NCBI GenBank assembly: GCA_004551945.1
Contig: SFPN01000005.1
Span: 10,450-74,449 of the forward strand
Origin: Clostridiales bacterium
Lineage (GTDB): Bacteria > Bacillota > Clostridia > Oscillospirales > Oscillospiraceae
Length of the DNA stretch: 64,000 nt
Direction: 5' to 3'
Shown here one piece after another: positions 8,883 through 18,604 of the stretch (position 1 is the first letter of the stretch; each line of letters starts with the position of its first letter). Below the pieces are notes generated by a model. The model did no database searches and was not told where the DNA came from. It was given only the letters and a program-made list of their open reading frames with translations. Position numbers and translations under genes: made by a program.

Positions 8883-11800
8883 TCACTCCCCCAGGGTCAC
8901 GCCGGTGTTGGGCCCCAGGAACCAGAGAATCCGCCGGGTAACCTTCTGGCCGGTGAGGGTCTCCAGGGCGTAGGCGTAGGCCGCCAGCTGGCCCCGGTAG
9001 TGTTCCGCCCGCTGGGGGGCGTCGGCGGCGGAGACCCGGTCGGTCTTGAAGTCCACCAGGGTAATCCCGTCCAGCCGCTGGAACCAGCAGTCGATGACCC
9101 CCTGGAGCAGGATCTCCTCCCCCTCCGGGGCCTGGGGGTAAAACCGCCGGGCAGGGGCCAGCAGGGAGAAGGGGTACTCCCGGTGCAGGCTGGCACTCTC
9201 CCGCATCTCCTGCCCCAGGTCCGAGGCAAAGAACCGGGCCATGGCCCGGACGTCCACCGCCTGGGCCTGCTGGTCCGTGAGGTAGCCCTCCGCCGCCAGC
9301 CGGGCCATCTCCTGACGAATCTCCTCTGCCGAGCCGGTGCGGTCCAGGCGGACGCACTGCATGGCCGTGTGCAGGGCGGTACCCTTCTGCGCGGCGGTGA
9401 GGCCCAGGGTTTCCTGGGCAAACCGGGGGCGGTAGAAGGGCTTTTGCTCCATGGCCTGCTTGTCCGCCAGGAGGAACACCCCCGGCTCCTCCTCCCCCTC
9501 CGACATCACCTGGGTGGCGGTGACCTTGGCGGGGGTGGCGGCGGCGGTCTCGTATGGATACCGCCAGCGCAGCTGCCGGAGCAGCTCTCCGGCATCCGGC
9601 ACCGGTTCCTCTTCCTTGGCGGCCGTCTCCCGCTGGGCAGTCTCTTCCGACACCACGCCGGTGTGGTACTGAATCTTCCAGGCCGGGCCGAAGGATACCC
9701 CCGGCACCGGCTGGGCTCCGGTCCCCGCCGCCTGGCGGAGGACCTCCCCCTCCGGCCGGGCCAGGGCGGTGAGAAGAATCCACTGGCCTGCGCTGGAGCA
9801 GGAGGCCAGCACCCGGGGGTCGGCCGGGCAGGAGACGCTCTCCCCCAGGCCCTTGAGGTCGGAGGGGCCGTAGGCCAGGGTGTGGGTCATGACGAGCTTT
9901 TCCTTGGCCCGGGTCATGGCCACATAGAGCAGGCGCATCTCCTCCGCCAGCATCTCCTTTTTCAGGGCCAGAGCCACCCCCGTGCGGGCCAGGGTCGAAA
10001 ACTCCACCATGGTCTCCCGGTCCAGCCCCTTGGGGCCCAGGCCCAGCTTGGGGTGAAAGAGGACGGGCTTCTGAACGTCCCCATAGTTAAACCGCCGTCC
10101 CAGGCCGCAGAGAAAGACCACCGGGTATTCCAGGCCCTTGGACCGGTGAATGCTTAAAATCTTCACCCCGGCCTTCTCCTTGGCGGAAGCAGCGGTCGAG
10201 CGCAGGCCGCCGCTCTCCTGGACCCGGTCCAGGTGGAGCAAAAAGCCGAAGAGGCCCTTGTGCCCCGCCCCTTCAAACCGGCGGGCCAGCTCGTAAAAGG
10301 CCAGCAGGTTTTCCCGGCGCTTTTCTCCCCCGGGCATGGCGGAGAAAATCTCCAGCAGGTCGGTGCGCCGGTACAGGTCCCACAGCAGCTGGTGGCTGCT
10401 CTTTTCCCCCGCGCCGAAGCGCAGGGCCTCCAGGTCCGCCAGAAAGGCCCGGCAGTCCTCCCCGCCCTGGTCGGCGGCGGCGCAGAGGGCGGTGTAGAAA
10501 TCCCCCTCCGCCGCCCCGCGGATTTCCGCCAGCTGGTCCCCGGTGAAGGAGCAGACGGGGGAGCGCAGCACCGCCAGCAGGGGAATGTCCTGCCGGGGAT
10601 TGTCGATGATTTGCAGCCAGGACAGGGCCACGGAGATCTCCGTGGTCTGGAAGAAGTCGTTTCCCTCCTCCGCGGACCAGCCCACTCCCTGCTCCTCCAG
10701 GGCCAGGGCGTAGAAGTGCCGCACCGGACCGGGAGAGCGCAGAAGGATGGCAATGTCATCCGGCTGGATGGGGCGGGTACCCCCCTCCCCGTCAGAGACG
10801 GGAAACTCAGTTTTTAATAAGGAGGCGATTTCCTTTGCCACAAACCGGGCCTCTAGGTAGTGCTTGCTCTGCCGGTCCTGGGTGAGGGCCGGGTCCTGGC
10901 TGAAGTCCAGCACATGCAGCTCGGTTTCGTACCCCGCCCCCTCCGGGAAGGTGCCCCCGGGGTAGAGGGCCTGGTCATCCGTATAATCCATCTCCCCCAG
11001 GTCCCGGGACATGATGGTCCGGAACAGGTCGTTGGCCGCCTCCAGCACCTGGGGGCGGGAGCGAAAGTTTTTGGACAGAATGATCTTCCGGTCCTCCCCC
11101 TCCTCTGCCTCGGTCCAGAGTGTAAAGGTTCTGTACTTGTCAAGGAAAATGGTGGGGTCGGCCAGGCGGAAGCGGTAAATGGACTGCTTCACGTCCCCCA
11201 CCATGAAGAGGTTTCTCCCCTCGTCGGACAGGGCCCGGAAGATAGTGTTCTGGACCTGGTTGGTGTCCTGGTACTCGTCCACCATAATCTCCGTGTACTG
11301 GCTTCCCCACTGGCGGGCCAAATCAGTAGGCTCCCCTTTTTCGTCCACCAGCAGGCGGACGGCGCAGTGCTCCAGGTCGGAGAAGTCCAGGAGAGATTTT
11401 TCCCGCTTTGCCTGGTCGTAAGCCTGGGAGAAGTCCTCCACCAGGGTGATGAGGCCGCTCATGGCGGGGCAAACCAGCGCCATGTCGGCCAGCAGGCTCT
11501 CGCTGGTGCTGCCGAACTGCTTTTCCAGCTCCTCCACAGCCTTTTTGCACCGGGTGCGGATGGCCTTGATCTGGTCCTGGGCGGTTACGTTCTCCACCCC
11601 TTTGGCCCCTTTCAGCCGGGGGAAGGCGATGGCGCACCGGGCGGCCTCGTCCCAGCTGCTTTCGGCTGCCTGGGCAAAGGCGTGCAGGTCCTCGCAGGTA
11701 GCGGCCAGACTGTCCCCGTAGGCCTTTTCCAGCACCGGGTCCTCGGACGCCAGACAGCAGGCCTTGTCCATCTGTGTGGCCCAATATCCGGCGGTCTGGG

Positions 11801-12461
11801 CGGCCTCCCGGAGAAGCATGGCTCCCCAGGGGGTCTGGCCCACGTCGGAAATGCCGGTCAGGTCCAGGGCCGCCCGCTGCTCCTCCAGCCAGGCGTTGGG
11901 ATCGGGGTAACTCTGGATCTTGCCGTACACGTCCAGGGTGATCTCCACCAGGCGGCTGTCGTCCCGGCCGGCAGCCAGCACGTCCAGCAGCCTGGCAAAG
12001 TCCCCCTCGGGGTCAATGGTCTCGTACCGGGCCTCCAGCACCTGGTCCAGGGTGCGGGCCATGAGGACCTGGGCCTCCTCGTCCTCGCAGAGGGCGAAGT
12101 CCGCCGGCAGATCCAGCAGGTGGCCCCACTGGCGGAGCAGCACCGTGCAGAAAGCATGAATGGTGGAAATCTGAGCCTTGTAAAGAAGGGCGGTCTGGCG
12201 GCGGAGATGGGCGTTGTCCGGCTGACCGGCCAGGGCTTCGGCGATCTCCTTGGCGATTCTGGCCCGCAGCTCCTCCGCTGCCGCCCGGGTGAAGGTGATG
12301 ATGAGGAACTGGTCCACGTTCTTCCCCTCGGTGAGGATGCGGTCCAGCAGCCGCTCCACCAGCACCCGGGTCTTGCCGGAGCCGGCCGCCGCGGAAACCA
12401 GCAGGCCGCCGCCCCGGTTTTTGACCACCGCCTCCTGCTCAGGCGTGCGCCTGACTGCCAT
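8883..12461 (-). CDS. addA: ATP-dependent helicase/nuclease subunit A
   Basis: AAAGSGKT, TFTRAAA, VDEYQD, GDVKQSIYRFR, SIHRSKGLEY, YVAMTRA, C-terminal QGVID...DFKTD; start re-called at MAVRR. Confidence 0.96.
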   Translation of the reverse strand: MAVRRTPEQEAVVKNRGGGLLVSAAAGSGKTRVLVERLLDRILTEGKNVDQFLIITFTRAAAEELRARIAKEIAEALAGQPDNAHLRRQTALLYKAQISTIHAFCTVLLRQWGHLLDLPADFALCEDEEAQVLMARTLDQVLEARYETIDPEGDFARLLDVLAAGRDDSRLVEITLDVYGKIQSYPDPNAWLEEQRAALDLTGISDVGQTPWGAMLLREAAQTAGYWATQMDKACCLASEDPVLEKAYGDSLAATCEDLHAFAQAAESSWDEAARCAIAFPRLKGAKGVENVTAQDQIKAIRTRCKKAVEELEKQFGSTSESLLADMALVCPAMSGLITLVEDFSQAYDQAKREKSLLDFSDLEHCAVRLLVDEKGEPTDLARQWGSQYTEIMVDEYQDTNQVQNTIFRALSDEGRNLFMVGDVKQSIYRFRLADPTIFLDKYRTFTLWTEAEEGEDRKIILSKNFRSRPQVLEAANDLFRTIMSRDLGEMDYTDDQALYPGGTFPEGAGYETELHVLDFSQDPALTQDRQSKHYLEARFVAKEIASLLKTEFPVSDGEGGTRPIQPDDIAILLRSPGPVRHFYALALEEQGVGWSAEEGNDFFQTTEISVALSWLQIIDNPRQDIPLLAVLRSPVCSFTGDQLAEIRGAAEGDFYTALCAAADQGGEDCRAFLADLEALRFGAGEKSSHQLLWDLYRRTDLLEIFSAMPGGEKRRENLLAFYELARRFEGAGHKGLFGFLLHLDRVQESGGLRSTAASAKEKAGVKILSIHRSKGLEYPVVFLCGLGRRFNYGDVQKPVLFHPKLGLGPKGLDRETMVEFSTLARTGVALALKKEMLAEEMRLLYVAMTRAKEKLVMTHTLAYGPSDLKGLGESVSCPADPRVLASCSSAGQWILLTALARPEGEVLRQAAGTGAQPVPGVSFGPAWKIQYHTGVVSEETAQRETAAKEEEPVPDAGELLRQLRWRYPYETAAATPAKVTATQVMSEGEEEPGVFLLADKQAMEQKPFYRPRFAQETLGLTAAQKGTALHTAMQCVRLDRTGSAEEIRQEMARLAAEGYLTDQQAQAVDVRAMARFFASDLGQEMRESASLHREYPFSLLAPARRFYPQAPEGEEILLQGVIDCWFQRLDGITLVDFKTDRVSAADAPQRAEHYRGQLAAYAYALETLTGQKVTRRILWFLGPNTGVTLGE

Positions 12462-15400
12462 GGTCTGTCCCTCCTTCCTCCTTCCGGGCCAGCCAGTCCC
12501 AGAAGTCACTGTTTTTCACCGACGGAATCCACCGCCGCCGGTCGGTCTTTTCCTCAAACTGGCAGGCCCGGAAGTACTCGCAGTACTGACAGGCGTTCTT
12601 GGACGGCCCCCGCCAGAAGGGGTCGGCGTCGATGTTGCCCGATGCAATCTCCCGGCAGATCTGCTGGAGGATGGCCTGGGTGTGGCCCTTGAGCCTCCCC
12701 AGCTTCTCTGCGCTCACCAGGGCGTCCCCGGTGATCTTTCCCGTCCGGGCGCTCACCCGCAGGGGGAGAAACCGCAGGCTTCCCTCCTGGTGCTCCATGG
12801 CGTCCAGCACGGCCTCGTCGTCCAGCACCAGACCCCGGCGGACCAGCTCCTTGTCCATGAGCTTACGCCGGGCGGCCTCGTCCATGTCCCGGCTACCGGA
12901 GATCATGGCCTCCCGGGCGGGCAGGTAGAGCACCCCCGCCGGAACCGGCTGGGTTCCAAAGCGCTTCTCCCCCTTCTCCTCCAGGGCGAAGAGGTAGAGA
13001 AGCATCTGCAAACCCAAGCCGTTCCAGATTTCCGTCAGGTCAAAGGATTTCCGGCCGGTCTTGTAGTCCACCACCCGCAGGTAGAGGCGGCCGTCCTTCA
13101 CCCAGCCGTCCACCCGGTCCACAAAGCCGGAGATGCGCAGGGTGACGCCCCCTGCCTTCACCTCCACCGGGGGCAGGTCCTTGCCGGGACCGAAGCCCAG
13201 CTCGAAGCAGATGGGCTGGAAGTCCGAGGACCGCAGCTCGTCGATCACGTTGTCCACCACCGCCTGGACATTCCTCTGCAAACGGCGGAAGAGATACTGG
13301 AACCGGGGCGTCTGGTGCTCCATGCCCCCAAGCTCTGTAAAGATATATTCCTTTACAGTCTGTTTGGTCAAATCCTTCACGTCCTGATCCGAGCAGGCCT
13401 CGATGCCCCCCTTGTCCCGGACGCCCCGGAGCACATGCTCCAGAACGAAGTGGACAAAGGTGCCGTACTCCGGGGCGTGAAAGCCCGCCGGGCGGCGGTC
13501 CTTGGCCCCCAGACCGTAGCGGAGGAAGTAGGCAAAGTGGCAGGATTTATACTGATCCATCCGGGAGGCGGACATGGCCACCTTCTCCCCGTAGAGGGAT
13601 TGCACCGCTTGAGGGGAGAGCCTGCCCCGCTCCCACCGGGCGGCCCGGTCCAGCCGCCGGAAGCAGGCGGCATAAGCGGGGTCGGCCTCCAGCTCTTCCC
13701 GGGCTTCGGGGGATCTGGCGGCCAGGGTGCGCAGGCGGTCCGGGGAGTCCGCCATGACGCAGGGTCCCTGGGCCTGAGGGAACAGCGCCGCCAGGGTCTC
13801 CACCAGGAAGGAGGGCCGGTACTCTCCCCCGCTCTCCCCGCCGGCGGGCCAGGTGACACAGAGCTTTTCCGTGGGCTGGGCGCAGGCGGTGTAGACAATG
13901 GTGTTCTCCCGGCTGAGCTTTTCCTCCACCTGGGGGGCCAGCTCCAGGCCGTAGTCCTCCAGCAGCGCCCGGTCCCGGTCGGTGAGCAGCCCCTGGCCAG
14001 GGGTCACCTGGGGGATAGAGCCGTCGTCGGCCCCCAGGAAAATCAGCACCTTGCAGGCCCGGTTGGACAGCCGCTGGGCGTCTCCCGCCGCCACCCGGTC
14101 CAGGGAGGCGGGAATGGTGCCCACGGAGTACCGGGACAGCAGCAGCTTCAGCAGCTTGGAAAATTCCGAAAACTCCGCCTCCTGGTCCCCCAGCAGGGCG
14201 GTGCACTGCTCCAGGGCGCCGCAGAAGATCTCCCACAGCTGGCTGTACTGGCGGGCCAGCTCCGGCTCCCCCTGCTCCAGCAGGCGGGCAGTGCGGGCCT
14301 CCAGGGCCTCCGGGGCCTGGATTTCCTCCAGGAAGCTGTAAAGGGCAAGCACTTGCTCTCCTATGGTATGCTTGGATTTTTTCTTGAACGTCTCCAAAGG
14401 CCGAATCACCCGCAGGCGCAGCGCGTTCAGCTCCTCCAGGTCCTTTTCGTCCTGCTCGGTAAAGGTCTGGTGATAGCCCCCGGGGTGCTGGGTCCAGGGC
14501 TTGGTCCACCGGCTGCCCCACAGGTCCCAGGTGAGAACGTAATTTTCCAGCTTGTCACACGCCTGGGGGGTAAGGCCCGCCAGACCGGTTTTCAGATAGC
14601 GGAACATATCCTCGTAGGCATAGCCCCCCCGCACCGCGTCCATGGCGGCGGTGATGAGGGTGAAGATGGGCTTTTGGAGAATATCCGTCCGGTCCGACTG
14701 GAACACCGGGATGTCATACTGGGCAAAGATGCCCTCCATGTGCTCCCAGTACCGGTCCATGGACCGGGCGGTTACCGCGATGTCCCGGTACCGGAACCGC
14801 CCCGACTGGACCAGCCGGCGGATCTCCCCGGCGGCCCAGCGGACCTCCTCCCGGGGGGTGGCCAGGCGGCCCAGGAAAATGCTCTCGTCCCACTCCCCTG
14901 GGTAGGGGACCCGGGAACGGGCGAAAAGATTCTGCTCCAGATAGGCCAGGGGCGGGGTGCGGACCCCCTCCCGCAGGGGCAGGTCCTCCCGGCGCACCGG
15001 GCAGTTTGCTTTGGCCGCCAGGCGGCGGAGCCAGGTTTCCGTCTTGTGGGCCGGGGCAAAGACCTCCTCCTCCCCCTCCCCTTCTCCCCAGGTGAGGGTC
15101 ACGGTAACGGAATGGGCCTGGCGGAGCAGCTGCTCCAGCACCAGCCCCTGCTGGGGGGTGAAGTCGGTAAAGCCGTCTAAGTACACGTCCTTCTCCCGGA
15201 AGAAGGGATAGGTTTTCAGCTTCTCCGCCAGGCGGGTAAGCCGGTCCCGGGGGTCCAGGCTGCCCCGGGCGGTCATGGCCTCGTAGGCCCCGAATATGAG
15301 GCCTAAGTCCCGGAGCTTTTCCCCGTCCAGCCCTTCGGTCTCCTCCCCCACCTGGGTTAGCTGGGCCCCGGTGACGCAGCAGCTTTTCAGCTCGTCCATG

Positions 15401-15762
15401 GTGGTCAGCAGGCTGGAGAGAAACTCCGGCTTCTGGGAGGGCATGGCGTACACGGTCAGGTTTCCGCTCACGGACTTCAGGGCCGCGTACATCACCAGCA
15501 GACGCCCCCCCTCGTCCAGCACCGGCTGGGCTCCGCCCCCGGCCAGGGACAGAACCCGGTTTTCCAGCCGGGTGAAGGAGAGGATCTCTCCATACAGCCC
15601 CGCCTGGTTTCCGTTCTCCTGGCAGAAGCGGCCCTCGGTCTCAAAGGAGGCCTGCTCCGGCACCAGAAGAAGCTGGAAGCGGTCCTTCCCCGCCTCCTTC
15701 ATCCGCCGGAACACCTCCGCCGTTTTGCCGCAGCCGGCCCGGCCTGTGACGATGTGCAGCAT
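12439..15762 (-). CDS. addB: ATP-dependent helicase/nuclease subunit B
   Basis: GRAGCGKT, LVPEQ, DGFTDFTP, GFVDRVD...VDYKTG, Fe-S Cys (SCHF; CQYCEYFRAC); start re-called at MLHIV. Confidence 0.95.
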   Translation of the reverse strand: MLHIVTGRAGCGKTAEVFRRMKEAGKDRFQLLLVPEQASFETEGRFCQENGNQAGLYGEILSFTRLENRVLSLAGGGAQPVLDEGGRLLVMYAALKSVSGNLTVYAMPSQKPEFLSSLLTTMDELKSCCVTGAQLTQVGEETEGLDGEKLRDLGLIFGAYEAMTARGSLDPRDRLTRLAEKLKTYPFFREKDVYLDGFTDFTPQQGLVLEQLLRQAHSVTVTLTWGEGEGEEEVFAPAHKTETWLRRLAAKANCPVRREDLPLREGVRTPPLAYLEQNLFARSRVPYPGEWDESIFLGRLATPREEVRWAAGEIRRLVQSGRFRYRDIAVTARSMDRYWEHMEGIFAQYDIPVFQSDRTDILQKPIFTLITAAMDAVRGGYAYEDMFRYLKTGLAGLTPQACDKLENYVLTWDLWGSRWTKPWTQHPGGYHQTFTEQDEKDLEELNALRLRVIRPLETFKKKSKHTIGEQVLALYSFLEEIQAPEALEARTARLLEQGEPELARQYSQLWEIFCGALEQCTALLGDQEAEFSEFSKLLKLLLSRYSVGTIPASLDRVAAGDAQRLSNRACKVLIFLGADDGSIPQVTPGQGLLTDRDRALLEDYGLELAPQVEEKLSRENTIVYTACAQPTEKLCVTWPAGGESGGEYRPSFLVETLAALFPQAQGPCVMADSPDRLRTLAARSPEAREELEADPAYAACFRRLDRAARWERGRLSPQAVQSLYGEKVAMSASRMDQYKSCHFAYFLRYGLGAKDRRPAGFHAPEYGTFVHFVLEHVLRGVRDKGGIEACSDQDVKDLTKQTVKEYIFTELGGMEHQTPRFQYLFRRLQRNVQAVVDNVIDELRSSDFQPICFELGFGPGKDLPPVEVKAGGVTLRISGFVDRVDGWVKDGRLYLRVVDYKTGRKSFDLTEIWNGLGLQMLLYLFALEEKGEKRFGTQPVPAGVLYLPAREAMISGSRDMDEAARRKLMDKELVRRGLVLDDEAVLDAMEHQEGSLRFLPLRVSARTGKITGDALVSAEKLGRLKGHTQAILQQICREIASGNIDADPFWRGPSKNACQYCEYFRACQFEEKTDRRRWIPSVKNSDFWDWLARKEEGGTDHGSQAHA

Positions 15763-15782
15763 GGCGCGCCCTCCTTGCTTCA

Positions 15783-17384
15783 TCAGAATTGTTTCAGCAG
15801 TCCCGAAAGGCCCTCCTCCCGGAACACATCCTGGTAGTATTCTAACTCTTCCTGGATGATCCCGTCAATGGCCCGCATACCCAGAACCTCCACGGGGGCC
15901 TGGTCGTCGGTGAGGATGTGACCTCCGCCGGTATAGGGAGTGAGGGCTTCCGCCACTGTCGTCAGATGCTCCGCCAGCGCCGGGTTTTCCACCTGGGCCA
16001 GGTTTTCCGCCATCCGCTGGGGCAGATCTCCGTCCAGGGCGGCGAACAACTCCCGGTTGGTGGTGTTGGGCACGTCCGCAGTGCACACAGAGGGGAAGAT
16101 GCTGGCGATGGTGTCGCACAGGGCCTGGTTGATGCTTCCCTCCCCGTCAGAGTGCATGTTCAGGTTCACAACCATCACCCCGCCGGGGGCCAGGTGGTCC
16201 CGCACCAGGGTAAAAAACTCCGTGGAGGACATCTGGAAGGGGATAGTGATGTCCTGGTAGGCGTCCACCAGGATCACGTCGTACTTCTTGTCCACCGCCT
16301 GGAGGTAGGCCCGGCCGTCGTAGGTGGTCACGTCCACAGATTCGGGCATGTCGAAGTATTCATAGGCAAGATCGGTAATCTTGCTGTCGATCTCCACCCC
16401 CTCTATCCGGGCCTGGGGAAAGTAGGTGGTGCACTGGCGGGCATAGGTCCCGGTGCCGTTGCCCAGGATCAGGATCTGGGGGTCGGTCTTTTCCTCAAGG
16501 TCCGCCATGACGGGGGCGGCCAGGGCGTAGTCGTAGTACATGCCGGTGAGGCCGTCGTCCTTCATCATCACCGACTGGACCCCGAAGAGCACGTTGGTGG
16601 AGAGGATCACCCGGCGTTCGGTCTCCTTGACCTGCAAATAATTGTACACCGACTCCCCCTCGTAGGTCAGCTCCTTCTCCCAGAAGGCGAAGCTCCCACC
16701 GCTGCCCAGCACGGCGCACAGAAGGAAGAGCACCAGGGACACCAGGCAGGTTTTGAGCTTGGTTTTGGCGCTGAGGAAGTAGACCAGGCCGATGACCAGC
16801 AGGATGCCGGAAAACAGCAGGAAGGTGACGGCAGTACCCACCGCGGGGATGGTGACGAAGGTGGGCAGGAAGGTGCCCAGGATGCTGCCGATGGTGTTGC
16901 AGGCCCCCAGGTTACCCACGGTGCGGCCGCTGTCGTTCAGGCTGTCCACGGTGTACTTCACCAGGCAGGGGGTGACGGTGCCCAGCAGGAAGAGGGGAAA
17001 GACGAAAATCACCACGCAGGCGCAGAAGGCGGCGATGACGAGAAAGTTGGTGCTCACGGTGAGCACCAGCAGGCCCGAGATGCCCAGGATCACATACTTG
17101 CCCAGCACCGGGATGGCGGCAATCCACACGGCGGCGATGAGCAGCCGCCGGTAGAGCCGGTCGGTGTTGGGGTCCTTGTCCGCCATCCGGCCGCCCCAGA
17201 GATTGCCCAGGGCCATGGCGATCATGATGGTGCCGATGATGATGGTCCAGACGATCTGGGAGGAACTGAAATAGGGGGCCAGCAGGCGGCTGGCGCCCAG
17301 CTCCACCGCCATCACCGAGACGCCGGCAAAAAACTCCGTGAGATAGAGATACAGCTTGTTTTTGAGGATGGGACGGGTTCCCAT
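15783..17384 (-). CDS. Membrane-fused spermidine synthase-like / SAM-dependent protein
   Basis: N-terminal TM region (MAVELGASRLLAPYF), then LILGNGTG, VEID, DGRAYL, YDVILVDAY, LTDDQAPVE. Confidence 0.85.
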   Translation of the reverse strand: MGTRPILKNKLYLYLTEFFAGVSVMAVELGASRLLAPYFSSSQIVWTIIIGTIMIAMALGNLWGGRMADKDPNTDRLYRRLLIAAVWIAAIPVLGKYVILGISGLLVLTVSTNFLVIAAFCACVVIFVFPLFLLGTVTPCLVKYTVDSLNDSGRTVGNLGACNTIGSILGTFLPTFVTIPAVGTAVTFLLFSGILLVIGLVYFLSAKTKLKTCLVSLVLFLLCAVLGSGGSFAFWEKELTYEGESVYNYLQVKETERRVILSTNVLFGVQSVMMKDDGLTGMYYDYALAAPVMADLEEKTDPQILILGNGTGTYARQCTTYFPQARIEGVEIDSKITDLAYEYFDMPESVDVTTYDGRAYLQAVDKKYDVILVDAYQDITIPFQMSSTEFFTLVRDHLAPGGVMVVNLNMHSDGEGSINQALCDTIASIFPSVCTADVPNTTNRELFAALDGDLPQRMAENLAQVENPALAEHLTTVAEALTPYTGGGHILTDDQAPVEVLGMRAIDGIIQEELEYYQDVFREEGLSGLLKQF

Positions 17385-17407
17385 GATATCAAATCCTTCC
17401 ATATATA

Positions 17408-17441
17408 GAAAAAAACGGCACAGCTTAACCTGTGCCGTTTT
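17408..17441 (-). terminator. Intrinsic terminator after fba
   Basis: AAAACGGCACAG/CTGTGCCGTTTT stem with U-tract. Confidence 0.7.
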
Positions 17442-17504
17442 CTCGCCGGTTATGCGCCCCGCCGGCTGGGGTTTTGGGCGTTCTCTGTCTGAAAAACCGG
17501 GGAC

Positions 17505-18440
17505 TCAAATCTTGTTGTCCGAGCCCAGCACGTTCACGATCTTGTCCTTCACCAGATCCTTCACATACTGACGGCCCACCTTCAGGTAGCCTCTGGGGTC
17601 GAAGTTGGCCGGGTCTGCCACCAGCTGCTGGCGGACCCCGGCGGTCATGGCCAGGCGCAGGTCGGAGTCGATGTTAATTTTGCACACGGCCATTTTGGCG
17701 GCCTGGCGGAGCTGATCCTCGGGCACGCCGATGGCGTCCTTCAGTTGGCCGCCGTTGGCGTTGATGATGTCCACATACTGGGGAATGACGGAAGAGGCCC
17801 CGTGGAGGACGATGGGGAAGCCGGGCAGGCGGCGGGAGACCTCCTCCAGGATGTCAAAGCGCAGCTGGGGCTTGGTGCCGGGCTTGAACTTGAAGGCGCC
17901 GTGGCTGGTGCCAATGGCGATGGCCAGGCTGTCCACCCCGGTGGCCCGGACAAATTCCTCCACCTGCTCAGGGTTGGTGTAGGAGGAGTCCTCGGCGGAG
18001 ACGTTCACGTCGTCCTCAATGCCGGCCAGGCGGCCCAGCTCCCCTTCCACCACCACGCCGTGGGCGTGGGCATACTCCACCACCTGACGGGTGAGGGCGA
18101 TGTTCTCCTGGAAGTCGTGCTTGGAACCGTCGATCATGACGGAGGTAAAGCCCCCGTCGATGCAGGCCTTGCAGATTTCAAAATCCTCCCCGTGGTCCAG
18201 GTGCAGGGCGATGGGCAGGCCGGTGTCGGCAACGGCGGCCTCAACCAGCTTCATGAGGTAGCCGTGCTTGGCATACTTCCGGGCGCCGGCGGAAACCTGA
18301 AGGATGATGGGAGACTTGGCCTCCAGGGCGGCCTCGGTGATGCCCTGGACGATCTCCATGTTGTTGACGTTGAAGGCGCCGATGGCGTAGCCGCCCTCGT
18401 AGGCCTTCCGGAACATTTCAGTGGTAGTAACTAACGGCAT
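17505..18440 (-). CDS. fba: Class II fructose-1,6-bisphosphate aldolase
   Basis: GAFNVNN, LHLDHG, SVMIDGS, VEGELG, AIGTSHG, VLHGAS, KINIDSD; start re-called at MPLVT. Confidence 0.96.
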   Translation of the reverse strand: MPLVTTTEMFRKAYEGGYAIGAFNVNNMEIVQGITEAALEAKSPIILQVSAGARKYAKHGYLMKLVEAAVADTGLPIALHLDHGEDFEICKACIDGGFTSVMIDGSKHDFQENIALTRQVVEYAHAHGVVVEGELGRLAGIEDDVNVSAEDSSYTNPEQVEEFVRATGVDSLAIAIGTSHGAFKFKPGTKPQLRFDILEEVSRRLPGFPIVLHGASSVIPQYVDIINANGGQLKDAIGVPEDQLRQAAKMAVCKINIDSDLRLAMTAGVRQQLVADPANFDPRGYLKVGRQYVKDLVKDKIVNVLGSDNKI

Positions 18441-18515
18441 AATGATAACCCTCCATGCGCCCGAGGGCGCGTTATTTTTCAAAAAAGCCGGCATCCCAAT
18501 GATCCCGGATAAATC

Positions 18516-18567
18516 ATTTTACCAACAATCATTGATAATTGCAAGTATGCTTGTAATATGATACAAT
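18516..18567. promoter_or_regulatory. Divergent sigma-A-like promoters of fba (-) and pfk (+) sharing one palindromic -35
   Basis: TTGCAA at 18539-18544; +: 17 nt then TACAAT (18562-18567); -: 17 nt then TAAAAT (18521-18516); both with extended TG. Confidence 0.6.
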
Positions 18568-18604
18568 AAATCATCCTACTAAAAAGACAATGGAGGAACC
18601 CTCT

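Noticed and set aside
12250..15180. 976-aa + strand ORF
   Set aside because: Antisense shadow of addB/addA; high-GC codon bias removes stops and no motifs are present
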